48,427 nucleotides of DNA, taken from the NCBI GenBank assembly GCA_002495525.1, contig DAFS01000015.1, forward strand, positions 13,375 through 61,801. The letters run 5' to 3'. The notes under the pieces are model-generated. The model was not told the DNA's origin. It saw nothing but the letters and a program-made list of their open reading frames with translations, and ran no database searches. Positions within the stretch are counted from its first letter, which is position 1. Every line of letters starts with the position of its first letter. The stretch comes from Euryarchaeota archaeon UBA89 (GTDB taxonomy: Archaea > Thermoplasmatota > Poseidoniia > Poseidoniales > Thalassarchaeaceae). Below, piece by piece: positions 9,237 through 19,314 of this stretch. The position numbers and the translations under genes were made by a program.

Positions 9237-11084
9237 CTATTGTATCGTTATCAGACATTGAGGATAAGGTTCTTGCATCGGGGGAAGAAATAATTCGTCG
9301 CAGTCTGTTTGTGAGACAGGCAATGTCAAGATACTACTAGTACCTAATCCTAAAGTTACTGCCATTGTTGAAACAGGACTTGGAATATAATCTTCACCAG
9401 TTTGAGTGACCAGAAGATGTATTCCGTCCCCTTCTGGAATCACTACATCCATACCAAAAAATTCCATTTTAGCAATTACTGTCTCTCCGGGAGAAAGAGA
9501 TTCTCCGTCTTTTCCTCCATTGTGGAATCTTAAATCCATAACTGCATGACCTAAATGCATACCATTACTTGCTTGAACCATTTCTACGAATAAGTGACCA
9601 CTTGTAGAAAGTAAAGATATTGTAGCTTCGACATGGAATGTGGGAGTGCCTATAATTCTAGTTTCATAATCAAAAAACGGGCATTCAATAGATAATTGAG
9701 AACTTGAAGTGATAGTTTCCCCACCTCCAATTATATTACAATCATCCATATCATACTGTAGTAATTCTTGATCTAAAGGAGGATAGGTTTGTTCAACTCT
9801 CCAACCACCAATATTATCTTGGATTTCAGCAATAAGTCTTGGCTCAGGGCCTTGTTCTTTAAGATAATAATCAAACCATTCTAATAAGTCATCAGCCCAA
9901 TCCCATCTAAGAGTAAATGGGAATGCTTCGGCGCCTCTACCACTAGATAGCCCCTCATGGCCACTTTTTCTATCAGGATAATCATGACCCCATTGGCCGT
10001 AAAGTCCTTTCACATCAAACCCCGCATCGCGAAATATATTATGAGTTGGAAATGCCATATGGGGATCGACGTTCCAATCTTGCATTCCATGAATAATATA
10101 AATTGAGCCGTTATAATTTTCTAACGCTCTTTCAAGAAAAGTTCGCTCCGACCAATAATCGCTTCCAAGCCATGCAAGATTGTCTCCAGATAAATATGCA
10201 GCAGGTCCAGCATAATATCCTTCTAAATATCCTTCACATGCATTTTCAGCATCTTCTAAATCGCCGTCTAAACCAAAGCTACCATAGACTCCATTATGCA
10301 TTATCGCTCCTCTTGCCTCCATACTACCATTTCGCCACATTAAATCATGCGCACCAATTAATCCAGACATTGGAATTATTGTCTTTAGATATTCGGAACC
10401 CATTGCTGCAGCTTCCCAAGGAGTAGAGCCATCATATGATTTTCCAATAATGCCGACCGCTCCATTAGAAAAAGGAGCTGTGCCTAAATATTCAACAGCT
10501 GCATCGATACCTCTTTGTTCGTCTAGACCCATTAGATCCATGCAGTGATTACTCTCTCCGGTACCAAAAACACTAACCTGGGCAACACCATATCCATGAG
10601 GTACGAAATTTTCTATTAAAAATCGACCTAATCTATCTGCTGGAGTCAGAGCATCGACATCTCCATCATCGTAATATGGCCCAATTTCTGCGATTATAGG
10701 TACTTGGCAATTTTCAGATATCTCTGCAGAATCATAGTCGCATCCTTCAATTATTGGTAACCACAATCCAAGATGAACTTCAGCATCTCCTGTTAATCCC
10801 GCCCCACCATCACTTACAGTAATCGACGGTACGGAAACATAAACAGACTTTACTGGACCAATATCGAATGAGCCGTTAGATGATACTCGACTAAATACAT
10901 CATCAATTTGATATTGCATATCTGATCTTTCTTCAACGGGAGGTAACCAATGAGAATTATCAATTTCAGAATTTGATATTGCTTTATCCATACAGCCAGA
11001 TAATAATGGACTGATTACTAAAAGTGCCAAGCACAAACTCAGCATCCTCTTAGACATATATCGGGCGCTAATCAAATCGCTCAA
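9237..11084 (-). CDS. CocE/NonD (peptidase S15-like) alpha/beta hydrolase, probably secreted or lipoprotein
   Basis: Signal peptide ending LSGC; GTGES, GKSYDG nucleophile elbow, [13 protein letters not shown]. Confidence 0.88.
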   Translation of the reverse strand: MSDLISARYMSKRMLSLCLALLVISPLLSGCMDKAISNSEIDNSHWLPPVEERSDMQYQIDDVFSRVSSNGSFDIGPVKSVYVSVPSITVSDGGAGLTGDAEVHLGLWLPIIEGCDYDSAEISENCQVPIIAEIGPYYDDGDVDALTPADRLGRFLIENFVPHGYGVAQVSVFGTGESNHCMDLMGLDEQRGIDAAVEYLGTAPFSNGAVGIIGKSYDGSTPWEAAAMGSEYLKTIIPMSGLIGAHDLMWRNGSMEARGAIMHNGVYGSFGLDGDLEDAENACEGYLEGYYAGPAAYLSGDNLAWLGSDYWSERTFLERALENYNGSIYIIHGMQDWNVDPHMAFPTHNIFRDAGFDVKGLYGQWGHDYPDRKSGHEGLSSGRGAEAFPFTLRWDWADDLLEWFDYYLKEQGPEPRLIAEIQDNIGGWRVEQTYPPLDQELLQYDMDDCNIIGGGETITSSSQLSIECPFFDYETRIIGTPTFHVEATISLLSTSGHLFVEMVQASNGMHLGHAVMDLRFHNGGKDGESLSPGETVIAKMEFFGMDVVIPEGDGIHLLVTQTGEDYIPSPVSTMAVTLGLGTSSILTLPVSQTDCDELFLPPMQEPYPQCLITIQ

Positions 11085-11187
11085 GAGTCTTTTCCATCAT
11101 AGTTCATTTATTTTTTAAATTAGTCAAATGTTAAAATGAAAATTTAGATACATTAGTTGATATAACTCCTGCCTGATTAGGGTTATT

Positions 11188-12063
11188 GTGAATAAGTCAG
11201 AACGGGGGCGATTAATTCGACTTCAGGGAATGGAAAGGACCGAAATGGAAGTCTACAGAAGGCTTGCCAATAGAGAGAAAAAGGCAGAGAATAAAATTAT
11301 ATTACAGAAAATTTCTAAACAAGAAAGTAATCATTACAATATACTCAAGGAAAAAACTGGAGAAGATGTTAATTTTTCAAAGATTAGAGTATATCTTCAT
11401 CTAATAACTTCGATATTTCTAGGACTCACTTTTTCTCTGAAACTAATGGAAAAAACTGAGCAAAATGCCGCTCGGGAATATCGAGATTTAGGTTATGAAA
11501 ATATAGCAAAAGAGGAAGATGAACATGAAAAAGAACTTTTGTCATTATTGGAAGAAGACAGTTTAAATTATCTGAGTAGCATTATACTGGGTTTATCCGA
11601 TGCATTAGTTGAACTTACAGGGGCTTTAGCAGGACTTACTTTTGCATTTCAAGAATTAAGAGTTGTAGCATTAGCAGGACTAGTGACAGGCATTTCTGCT
11701 TCTTTCAGTATGGCTGCTTCCGAATTTTTAGCAACTAAGGAAGAGAATTCAAATCGCTCACCAATTAAAGCTGCATTATTTACAGGAACAGCGTATATAA
11801 TTACAGTATTTCTATTAGTAATTCCTTACTTATTATTAAGTGATAGTAGTGAGATAATTTGGGGCTTAGAACCGCACATTCAAGCACTCATCATTACTTT
11901 TATTATTGGATTGTTGATTATTGCATTTTTTAATTTTTATGTATCTATTGCTCAGGATAAATCCTTCAATAGGAGATTTATTGAAATGGTTTTAATCCTA
12001 CTAATAGTTACATTAATTTCTTTCATAATAGGTTTGATACTAAGGGAATCCTTTAGTTTATGA
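11188..12063 (+). CDS. Rubrerythrin-like N-domain plus VIT1/CCC1 transporter
   Basis: ExxH motifs (ESNH, EDEH); ILGLSDALVE and SMAASEFL VIT1 motifs. Confidence 0.88.
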   Translation: MNKSERGRLIRLQGMERTEMEVYRRLANREKKAENKIILQKISKQESNHYNILKEKTGEDVNFSKIRVYLHLITSIFLGLTFSLKLMEKTEQNAAREYRDLGYENIAKEEDEHEKELLSLLEEDSLNYLSSIILGLSDALVELTGALAGLTFAFQELRVVALAGLVTGISASFSMAASEFLATKEENSNRSPIKAALFTGTAYIITVFLLVIPYLLLSDSSEIIWGLEPHIQALIITFIIGLLIIAFFNFYVSIAQDKSFNRRFIEMVLILLIVTLISFIIGLILRESFSL

Positions 12064-12134
12064 GATATTTTTAGGTATCAATTCAGAGAATACCAATCGA
12101 AGGGTTTGATTTAACATAGTTATTCCCGGTAAAT

Positions 12135-13637
12135 ATGAATGCTTATGATGAACTATTGGAAAGGTTGAAGGATATTGACTTGGTAAATCAAATTGGAGGA
12201 TTATTAGGATGGGATCAAGAAGTTCTAATGCCACCAAAAGCAGCAAAATTAAGAGCAGAGCAACTGTCTTGGATTTCAAGAACAGGTCATGAAAAATTGA
12301 CAGATTCAAGGATTGGCGAATTACTTGAAATGTTAGAACAAGATGATAATCTGAATGAGGTTCAGAAAGGAAATATTAGATTAGCAAGAGATTCGTACAA
12401 TAAAGCAACCAAATTACCCACTGATTTTGTAGCAGAAATGGCTTTGCATAAATCAAAATCTCAAATTTCTTGGACCGAAGCAAGAGCAAAAAATGATTTT
12501 TCTATCTTCAGAAATGATTTGGCTAAGATGGTAGAGATGTCCAGAAAAAAAGCAGATTTTTTAGGATTTCAAGAAGTACGATATGATGCATTACTAGACT
12601 TGTATGAATCAGGATTAACGGTATCGAAAGTTGATCCATTGTTTGCTGGACTAAGAGAAAACGTTGCACCATTAGTAAAGAAAGTGATAGAGAATGGAAA
12701 GAAACCAAAAATGTCTTGGGTTCATGAGAATAATTGGAGTAAAGAAGGTCAAGAGAAGCTTTCACAGTCTATTTCTGAATCCGTAGGTTTTGATTTTGAT
12801 GCTGGAAGAAGAGATGCATCAACTCATCCATTCTGTGGTGGCCCTAATCCAGATGATGTTCGGTGGACAACGAGGTACGATGAAACTGATCCATTTGGTT
12901 CATTATACGGGTCACTACATGAAACTGGTCATGGACTATATGAGCAAGGAAGACCTAGGAATCTAGATTTTCAACCAGCAGGTTCTGCTAATGGATTGGG
13001 AATACATGAAAGTCAAAGTCGTCTATGGGAAAATCAAGTAGGTAGATCAAAGGAATTTTGCGAATGGGCACTTCCTACATGGAAAAAATATTTCCCTGAA
13101 CAAATGAAAAATGTATCTGCTGATGAATTATGGCGCTCAGTAAATTTGGTAGAGCCGAGTTTAATCAGAGTTGAAGCGGATGAGGCAACTTATAATTTGC
13201 ATATTATGATAAGATATGAAATAGAAAAGAAGCTAATTGCTGGAGAAATAGAAGTAGATGACTTGCCTGATGTATGGGATGATATGTATGAAGAATATTT
13301 AGGAATTAGAGCACCTAACAGAACGCTAGGAGTTCTGCAAGATATTCATTGGTCGTTTGGTGCATTTGGATACTTCCCCACCTACACATTAGGAAATTTA
13401 TATTCGGCTCAGTTACTTACTGCTGCAAGAGAAGATTTACCGAATCATGACGAAGACATGCGGAATGGTAACTTTGTTCCATTACTAGAATGGATGCGAG
13501 AAAATGTACATTCAAGAGGGAGTATAATCTCTCCTGCAGAATTGATTGAAGAAGCTACAGGACGACCTCCTTCTCCACATGATTTTGTTGAATACCTAAA
13601 GCAAAAAGTAGAAACATTATACAATTTAACTGCTTGA
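12135..13637 (+). CDS. Carboxypeptidase M32
   Basis: WDQ, HPF, HETGHGLYEQ, HESQSR, IRVEADE, QDIHW, GYFPTY. Confidence 0.95.
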   Translation: MNAYDELLERLKDIDLVNQIGGLLGWDQEVLMPPKAAKLRAEQLSWISRTGHEKLTDSRIGELLEMLEQDDNLNEVQKGNIRLARDSYNKATKLPTDFVAEMALHKSKSQISWTEARAKNDFSIFRNDLAKMVEMSRKKADFLGFQEVRYDALLDLYESGLTVSKVDPLFAGLRENVAPLVKKVIENGKKPKMSWVHENNWSKEGQEKLSQSISESVGFDFDAGRRDASTHPFCGGPNPDDVRWTTRYDETDPFGSLYGSLHETGHGLYEQGRPRNLDFQPAGSANGLGIHESQSRLWENQVGRSKEFCEWALPTWKKYFPEQMKNVSADELWRSVNLVEPSLIRVEADEATYNLHIMIRYEIEKKLIAGEIEVDDLPDVWDDMYEEYLGIRAPNRTLGVLQDIHWSFGAFGYFPTYTLGNLYSAQLLTAAREDLPNHDEDMRNGNFVPLLEWMRENVHSRGSIISPAELIEEATGRPPSPHDFVEYLKQKVETLYNLTA

Positions 13638-13670
13638 ATACGAAAATACGAAAATAAAGATGGTTTTACA

Positions 13671-14735
13671 ATGAGTATGCAAATGCGTCCAATAGAAGAT
13701 TTGGCGTCATTTGTTAGAGACTTAGGTAGTGAATGTACTACGCTGAATATGGGTCACAACTATCTAGTGGCTGGGTCAAAAACAGGAAGAATCACGCTTT
13801 GGAATACTAATACTGGTCAAGAGGGATGGACTGTAGAGGTTGAAGGCCCTATTTCTGATTTAGAAATTGATAAAGAAATTTATGTTACTGCTTCTGCGGA
13901 ATTACATGCGATAAATAAAGAGAATGGTATTTTAGAATGGTCTGTAGATATAGAAGGCTCCAGTGATTTGATTGAAATTGACGAAAACAAGATATTTGTT
14001 ACTTCTTCATTATATGAAATTGAAGTTCAAGATTACACTGAAACAACATTTTTCACATTTGACAAAAATGGACAATTACTTGGAAGTGTTAACTTTGAGG
14101 AAAAACCCTGGTTTATGAAAAAGCAAAATCAGAAAATAATCCTAGGTATTGGAAGGCCGAGATGCGGGATCTTGACAATAGATGATGAATACAATATATC
14201 GCATAGTGGAACTGATGGAAATAGTCCTGTAAATATGGGAATAAAAACCGATAAGAGATTTTTATTGGGCCATAGTGATGGAACAATAACTGAAATTAAT
14301 GATAATGGCAGAAAATATATTCAGTGTGGAAATGATTCAATTACTGCCATAAGCTCAAAGGATATTTCATGGCAAGCAGGAGATAAAAATGGGAACTTAT
14401 TTTCCTCTGATGGTTGGAGTAAAAAACTTGGCGATAGAATTAACTGTATAGTAGAAACTAAACATCATATTTGGGTATCTGTAACTTCTAAAAATAATGT
14501 ATTATACTTATTAGACAAAGGGAGCGGTTCTATTAAACATCAATTTTCCCATGATTATAAAATTCAATTAATGAAATTATTAGATAATAATTTAGCAATA
14601 TCTGATGAAGAAGGTAAGGTAATGTTCTTTGATACTAAAACATTGGAAAAAAGGATTGGATCAGAGAGCGTGATTAGTGAAGATTTAGAAAGAAGAAATT
14701 TGTTAAAAAAGCGATTGAGGGCCTTGAGAGAGTGA
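13671..14735 (+). CDS. WD40/PQQ-like beta-propeller protein
   Basis: Repeats such as LVAGSKTGRITLWN..G...W and LLGHSDG; basic C-terminal helix. Confidence 0.7.
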   Translation: MSMQMRPIEDLASFVRDLGSECTTLNMGHNYLVAGSKTGRITLWNTNTGQEGWTVEVEGPISDLEIDKEIYVTASAELHAINKENGILEWSVDIEGSSDLIEIDENKIFVTSSLYEIEVQDYTETTFFTFDKNGQLLGSVNFEEKPWFMKKQNQKIILGIGRPRCGILTIDDEYNISHSGTDGNSPVNMGIKTDKRFLLGHSDGTITEINDNGRKYIQCGNDSITAISSKDISWQAGDKNGNLFSSDGWSKKLGDRINCIVETKHHIWVSVTSKNNVLYLLDKGSGSIKHQFSHDYKIQLMKLLDNNLAISDEEGKVMFFDTKTLEKRIGSESVISEDLERRNLLKKRLRALRE

Positions 14736-14797
14736 AATATTTGCATAAGAAATATACCCCTAATAACCCTTATTTCCGGTGCACTGCAAGGCTGTGA

Positions 14798-14811
14798 GAG
14801 AAAGGTTTAAG
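14798..14811 (+). promoter_or_regulatory. Putative BRE plus TATA box for the downstream ncRNA
   Basis: GAGAAAGG-TTTAAG about 25-30 nt upstream of the first hairpin. Confidence 0.5.
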
Positions 14812-14834
14812 AGCCGCGGCCGTCCCTGAGAACT

Positions 14835-15475
14835 TTGCTGCTCCAATGGAGGGGTGTGGGCGTACTTGTTACGACCCGCGGGCCACAACAACCGAGTCTC
14901 GAAAGAGAGGCAGTAAAACCGAAGATCGAAAGAGCTTCGAGGAAAAGTCAAATCATCTGTGGATGAAGAGACAACGGGAGAACTGAGATGGGAAAAACCA
15001 GACGCAAGGAAGGGGAAAGAAATCACAGAGGAGTACGGAAAACACAACCGAACCGGTAACGGGGAAAACATTAACCGAAGTACAATACTATCCCGAAGAG
15101 GTACAATAGCGAAGAGGAGAAACCAGAGATGGGGACAAATTGAGGCAATTATGTGGGAAAATGAAGAAGAAGAAAACCGGACGCAAGGAAGGGGAAAAGA
15201 AACTGAGTAGAAACACATTGAGAACAAGAGCGGGAAACCGTGGAGGATCAGTACTGAGACGTGGAAAAAACTAGTGAGAGCTAGGAAAATAAGCGAATAC
15301 GGATTAAAAGAAGAGATTCTAAAAATTCGGAAAAAGACAAAGAGAGAGCTAGAAGTCTCTAAGTCATCTACCCCAGGAGAGTAGGAACCTTAGGGGACCT
15401 ACAAACCTGGGACCCTGCGGAGTTAGCAGAGGGTAATGATCCCCCAATGTTCAGAACCCACTGCTAGCTCCCACC
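14835..15475 (+). ncRNA. Candidate large (~640 nt) structured non-coding RNA, family not recognised
   Basis: Gap between convergent genes; purine-rich + strand; many GNRA hairpins; 25-nt internal repeat; 11-bp terminal stem 15419-15429/15461-15471; ends approximate. Confidence 0.72.
14994..15197 (+). repeat. Direct repeat AAAACC(A/G)GACGCAAGGAAGGGGAAA at 14994-15018 and 15173-15197
   Basis: 24 of 25 nt identical, read directly from sequence. Confidence 0.9.
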
Positions 15476-15499
15476 TATCGGTACTTCGGCTCAATTTTT

Positions 15500-17098
15500 C
15501 TATCTCTTTGGCCCCGTCATTTCTTCTGGCTTTACCCATTTATTGAACTGCTCATTATCTAGTAATTCTAAATCCAAAGCGCTTTCTCTGAGTGTCAGAT
15601 TATTATTATGGGCATGCTTAGCAATTTTTGCAGCATTATCATACCCAATATACGGATTTAGTGCCGTAACTAGCATTAATGAATTTTCTAAGTGTTGAGT
15701 GATTTTCTCATTATTAGCTTCTAAACCTAGTACGCATTTTTCTGAGAAGGAAATACATGTATCTGAAAGAATCCTAATACTATGTAGTAAATTATGGATC
15801 ATCATAGGCTTGTATACATTCAATTCAAAATTTCCTTGACTTCCTCCGATAGTAATTGCAGTGTTGTTACCCATTACTTGGCAACAAACCATAGTCATTG
15901 CTTCTGCTTGAGTCGGGTTAACCTTTCCTGGCATAATACTTGACCCTGGTTCATTTGCAGGTAGAGATAATTCTCCAAAACCACACCTTGGACCCGAACC
16001 TAACCACCTGATATCATTTGCAATCTTCATCAAAGATGCAGATAATGTGTTCAACATTCCTGATGCTGCCACTATAGCATCATGAGATGCGAGTTGGGAG
16101 AACTTATTTTCAGCACTAATGAATTCTAAAGCTGTATAATCTGCTATTTTCTTGGCTACAATTTCTGCAAAATCTGTATGGGTATTGAGGCCCGTTCCTA
16201 CTGCTGTACCCCCTAAAGCTAATTCAAGTAAATCTAATTGAGTATTTTCGATTCGAGATATGTCATAATCTAGCATTGAAACATACGCGCTAAATTCTTG
16301 TCCTAAAGTCAAAGGTACAGCATCCATTAAATGTGTTCTACCTATCTTAACAATATCCGTAAATTGTTTGGATTTGATATCGAGTGAATTTCTTAGAGTC
16401 ATTATTGCTGGCAATAATCTATGTTGTATTTCTTCTGCTGCAGCAATATGCATGGCGGTTGGAAATGTATCATTACTTGATTGGGCCCTGTTTACATGGT
16501 CATTTGGATGAACTGGAGATTTACTTCCTAAACGTCCGTTAGTAAGTTCAATTGCACGATTTGCTATGACTTCGTTAGCATTCATATTAGTCTGTGTGCC
16601 AGATCCTGTTTGCCATACTCGTAAAGGAAAGTGTTCGTTTAATGAGCCTGAAATGACTTCTTCACATGCAGTGGAAATTAAAGCACCGACTTTTGGATCT
16701 AACTCTCCCAATTCTACATTTGTTTCTGCTGCAGCCTTTTTCAGAATGCCAAACGCACGAATCATTGCATGAGGCATTGTATCCTCTCCGATATTGAAAT
16801 TGATTAGCGATCTAGCAGTCTGAGCTCCATAATATCTATCTGAAGGAACTTCTACATCGCCCATAGTATCTTTCTCAACTCTAATTTCCTGATCAGACTG
16901 CGGAAATCTACGTTGTTTTTCAGGGAAATAGGGCTTAGAATTATTACTTGAATACAAAGAATTCTCAATCATCTTTGAAATTGTAGCAGAACGTCCATCA
17001 TTCTGACCTTTTCCTACTTTCTTATCTAATTTCCTTGCTAAATCTTCGGGAATACTTATGCTTAGTATTCTTCTATCTCCTGTGCGATGCTTGGCCAT
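15500..17098 (-). CDS. fumC: Class II fumarate hydratase with N-terminal ribbon-helix-helix-like extension
   Basis: [41 protein letters not shown]; N-terminal [15 protein letters not shown]...RSATI. Confidence 0.95.
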   Translation of the reverse strand: MAKHRTGDRRILSISIPEDLARKLDKKVGKGQNDGRSATISKMIENSLYSSNNSKPYFPEKQRRFPQSDQEIRVEKDTMGDVEVPSDRYYGAQTARSLINFNIGEDTMPHAMIRAFGILKKAAAETNVELGELDPKVGALISTACEEVISGSLNEHFPLRVWQTGSGTQTNMNANEVIANRAIELTNGRLGSKSPVHPNDHVNRAQSSNDTFPTAMHIAAAEEIQHRLLPAIMTLRNSLDIKSKQFTDIVKIGRTHLMDAVPLTLGQEFSAYVSMLDYDISRIENTQLDLLELALGGTAVGTGLNTHTDFAEIVAKKIADYTALEFISAENKFSQLASHDAIVAASGMLNTLSASLMKIANDIRWLGSGPRCGFGELSLPANEPGSSIMPGKVNPTQAEAMTMVCCQVMGNNTAITIGGSQGNFELNVYKPMMIHNLLHSIRILSDTCISFSEKCVLGLEANNEKITQHLENSLMLVTALNPYIGYDNAAKIAKHAHNNNLTLRESALDLELLDNEQFNKWVKPEEMTGPKR

Positions 17099-17109
17099 AT
17101 TTAATGCGG

Positions 17110-17124
17110 TTAATAAGTTATTAA
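17110..17124. promoter_or_regulatory. Perfect palindrome TTAATAA-G-TTATTAA at the fumC promoter (candidate operator)
   Basis: Starts 12 nt upstream of the ATG at 17098 and overlaps TATA-like TTTATTAA on the minus strand. Confidence 0.45.
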
Positions 17125-17175
17125 TAAACTTAGAGTAAAGAGCCACAGTGTGACGAATTAAAAATCTAATTGCAA

Positions 17176-17658
17176 CTAAATTCGTTCTACAGAGATAATT
17201 TGCATTGGAGTTGAGGGTTTGTCACGGAAGTCCGTTTCTTGTGATTCAATTGACTTAACAACATCCATTCCTCTGACTACTTCACCGAAAACTGCATGGT
17301 TACCATTGAGCCAAGGCGTAGGTACAGTTGTCAAAAAGAATTGTGAACCTCCTGTATTTTTTCCAGCATTGGCCATTGAAAAAAGTCCGGGTCGATCATG
17401 TGCCTTTGCCAATGCTGATGCTTCACAAGGAATTTGCCATCCAGGACCACCTGTTCCCGCAGCTCGACTATCTGGATCTTTAGATTTGGGGCAGCCACCC
17501 TGAATCATGAAATCTTTGATTATACGATGGAAATGTAAACCATTATAGAATCCAGAATCTACTAATTTAAGAAAATTTTCTGTAGTCTCAGGACAGTCTT
17601 TTGTGTAAAGTTCTATTTGTATATTCCCAAGTGTAGTCGACATTTGTACCATTGTCAT
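17176..17658 (-). CDS. Cyclophilin-type peptidyl-prolyl isomerase
   Basis: [38 protein letters not shown]; start about 17658 or 17652. Confidence 0.95.
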   Translation of the reverse strand: MTMVQMSTTLGNIQIELYTKDCPETTENFLKLVDSGFYNGLHFHRIIKDFMIQGGCPKSKDPDSRAAGTGGPGWQIPCEASALAKAHDRPGLFSMANAGKNTGGSQFFLTTVPTPWLNGNHAVFGEVVRGMDVVKSIESQETDFRDKPSTPMQIISVERI

Positions 17659-17742
17659 GGTCAACCGTAATCGACTACATTCATGAGGTTGATGGTGTGA
17701 TGTCGTGAAAATACTAATGAAGGATATCAACCATGAGAAGAT

Positions 17743-18909
17743 GTGAGTGAACTTAGCGGATATGATTGCCCTCGCTGTAAATCCGAATTATTCATAGAAG
17801 CCAGTCCAGAAGTTGATGGTGTAGATTTATTGATTTGTAAACAATGCTGGGGAGTTGCAGTAACCGCAAAATCAATGAAAATGGTGATAACTAAAGGAAG
17901 CCTATTGGATGAAAAAAGAGATAAATTAAGCAAAAGTAGTGGAGACTGTAAATGCCCAATATGTTCTGATATAATGGATGAAATAGAATTAGAAATTCCA
18001 AAGGAAGTCATTCAAAAGATTAGTTTGATTGAAAGTCAAGTGATGGCTCCCGAAAAGGTGATTATTGATTCTTGTAAAAGTTGTCCTACATTTTGGTTTG
18101 ATGCGGGAGAGTTAGATCTTCTAAATGGAATAAAACCAAAAATTAGAAAAAATGACTCAAAAACAATCAGGCTTCTTGAAGATCAAACTCTTTCTGCCGA
18201 TGAATTGAGTAAAAGAGGGGCTAGAAGAAGAATAATAGGTGGATTCGCCATATTAGGCGCTTTTCTAATTGGTTCAGAAGGCGGATTCTTCCTAGGATTT
18301 ATATCATTAATCATGGGAATTGGAGGGTTGATTGCACTAGTAACTAAAAATCCTGAAGAAGCTCTTGTAAAGGGAACATGTGACAAATGTTTGAAGCCCG
18401 ATAAATTACTTGCTTGGAATTGTCAAAGCGGAGGATGCTGGGCGCATATTTGTAGTGACTGTCAGAGCATTGGAGAAGATCCGGTTGAGGCTTATGCAAG
18501 GACTCTCGGGAAGGTCGCTGTAGGAACAGTAATCGTAGGCGTAGGAGTACTTGCAGTCCTTGCAGTCGCTGAAGGTGGAGGAGCAGGACTATTAGATGGT
18601 GTGTCGGCACCTTCAGGTTCGGGAAAGAAGAAGGAAAAGACAGAGATGCTTCTTTGTAGAGAATGTACGGAAAGAGAAAAGAATAATCTAAAAAATCTCA
18701 AAAAGAAATCATTGAAGACAAAAAATCCGGAAAAAACTGATATGTCTGTGAGTTCAAAGGAGTCAAGAAGGAATTACCTTTCAACGACTTGGAGCCCTGA
18801 AACAAAGAATGAATATTGCACACATATTGACTTAAATAATAATAAAAAATGTAAAAGAATGTCTTTTAGAAGTAGTAACTACTGTTATGTTCACAAAGAT
18901 TTGTATTGA
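17743..18909 (+). CDS. Multi-zinc-finger membrane protein (zf-TFIIB-like ribbons)
   Basis: Seven CxxC plus one Cx4C; CxxCxxxWFDAGEL; 2-3 TM segments; C-terminal C-C-C-H finger. Confidence 0.7.
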   Translation: MSELSGYDCPRCKSELFIEASPEVDGVDLLICKQCWGVAVTAKSMKMVITKGSLLDEKRDKLSKSSGDCKCPICSDIMDEIELEIPKEVIQKISLIESQVMAPEKVIIDSCKSCPTFWFDAGELDLLNGIKPKIRKNDSKTIRLLEDQTLSADELSKRGARRRIIGGFAILGAFLIGSEGGFFLGFISLIMGIGGLIALVTKNPEEALVKGTCDKCLKPDKLLAWNCQSGGCWAHICSDCQSIGEDPVEAYARTLGKVAVGTVIVGVGVLAVLAVAEGGGAGLLDGVSAPSGSGKKKEKTEMLLCRECTEREKNNLKNLKKKSLKTKNPEKTDMSVSSKESRRNYLSTTWSPETKNEYCTHIDLNNNKKCKRMSFRSSNYCYVHKDLY

Positions 18910-18915
18910 TTCAAC

Positions 18916-19314
18916 TTAGGCAACTGTTGATCCCAACATGACATTCTTGGGCAATTCAAGTAAATTTACAGCTCCGTCGGGATCTAATGCTCCAAGAATC
19001 AAGAATTGTGATATGAAACCACCGGGTAACGTTTTTTCACCCAAATTTATGGCACCTACAACTAAGCGATTAATTAGTTCACTTCTAGAATAATTTGTTA
19101 TCTGTGCAGAGGTAGAAAGCTGACCAATTTTGGAACCGAAATCGACTGTGATTTTATATGACGGTTTTCTCATTTCGGGATAATTCTCAACATTGGTGAT
19201 CTTTCCGGCCCTTATGTCAAGAGAAAAATAGTCATTGACACTTACGTAATCTTTCTTAGGAAGTTTTTCAGGATGATATGGGAAATTTTCAGTATCGATT
19301 TCATGCTGACCCAT
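18916..19314 (-). CDS. csaA: tRNA-binding protein / CsaA chaperone
   Basis: LDIRAGKI, RKPSYKITVDFG, SAQIT, GFISQFLILG. Confidence 0.85.
   Translation of the reverse strand: MGQHEIDTENFPYHPEKLPKKDYVSVNDYFSLDIRAGKITNVENYPEMRKPSYKITVDFGSKIGQLSTSAQITNYSRSELINRLVVGAINLGEKTLPGGFISQFLILGALDPDGAVNLLELPKNVMLGSTVA

Noticed and set aside
14935-14952. GAGGAAAAGTC resembles RNase P RNA conserved region I (GAGGAAAGUCC)
   Set aside because: No matching 3' P4 strand (ACAGAA..GGCUUA) found and the length is atypical; an Infernal search is needed to exclude it fully
14959-15210. 83-aa + strand ORF (and the antisense 155-aa ORF 14760-15227)
   Set aside because: Low-complexity E/G/K/R (or S/F/P/L) content follows from the purine bias; hairpins extend on both sides of the ORF, so an RNA explains the region better
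14835-15475. SRP RNA, tmRNA, CRISPR or self-splicing intron as identity of the element
   Set aside because: No SRP helix-8 motif, tRNA-like ends, regular repeat-spacer period, group II domain V or interrupted host gene was recognisable
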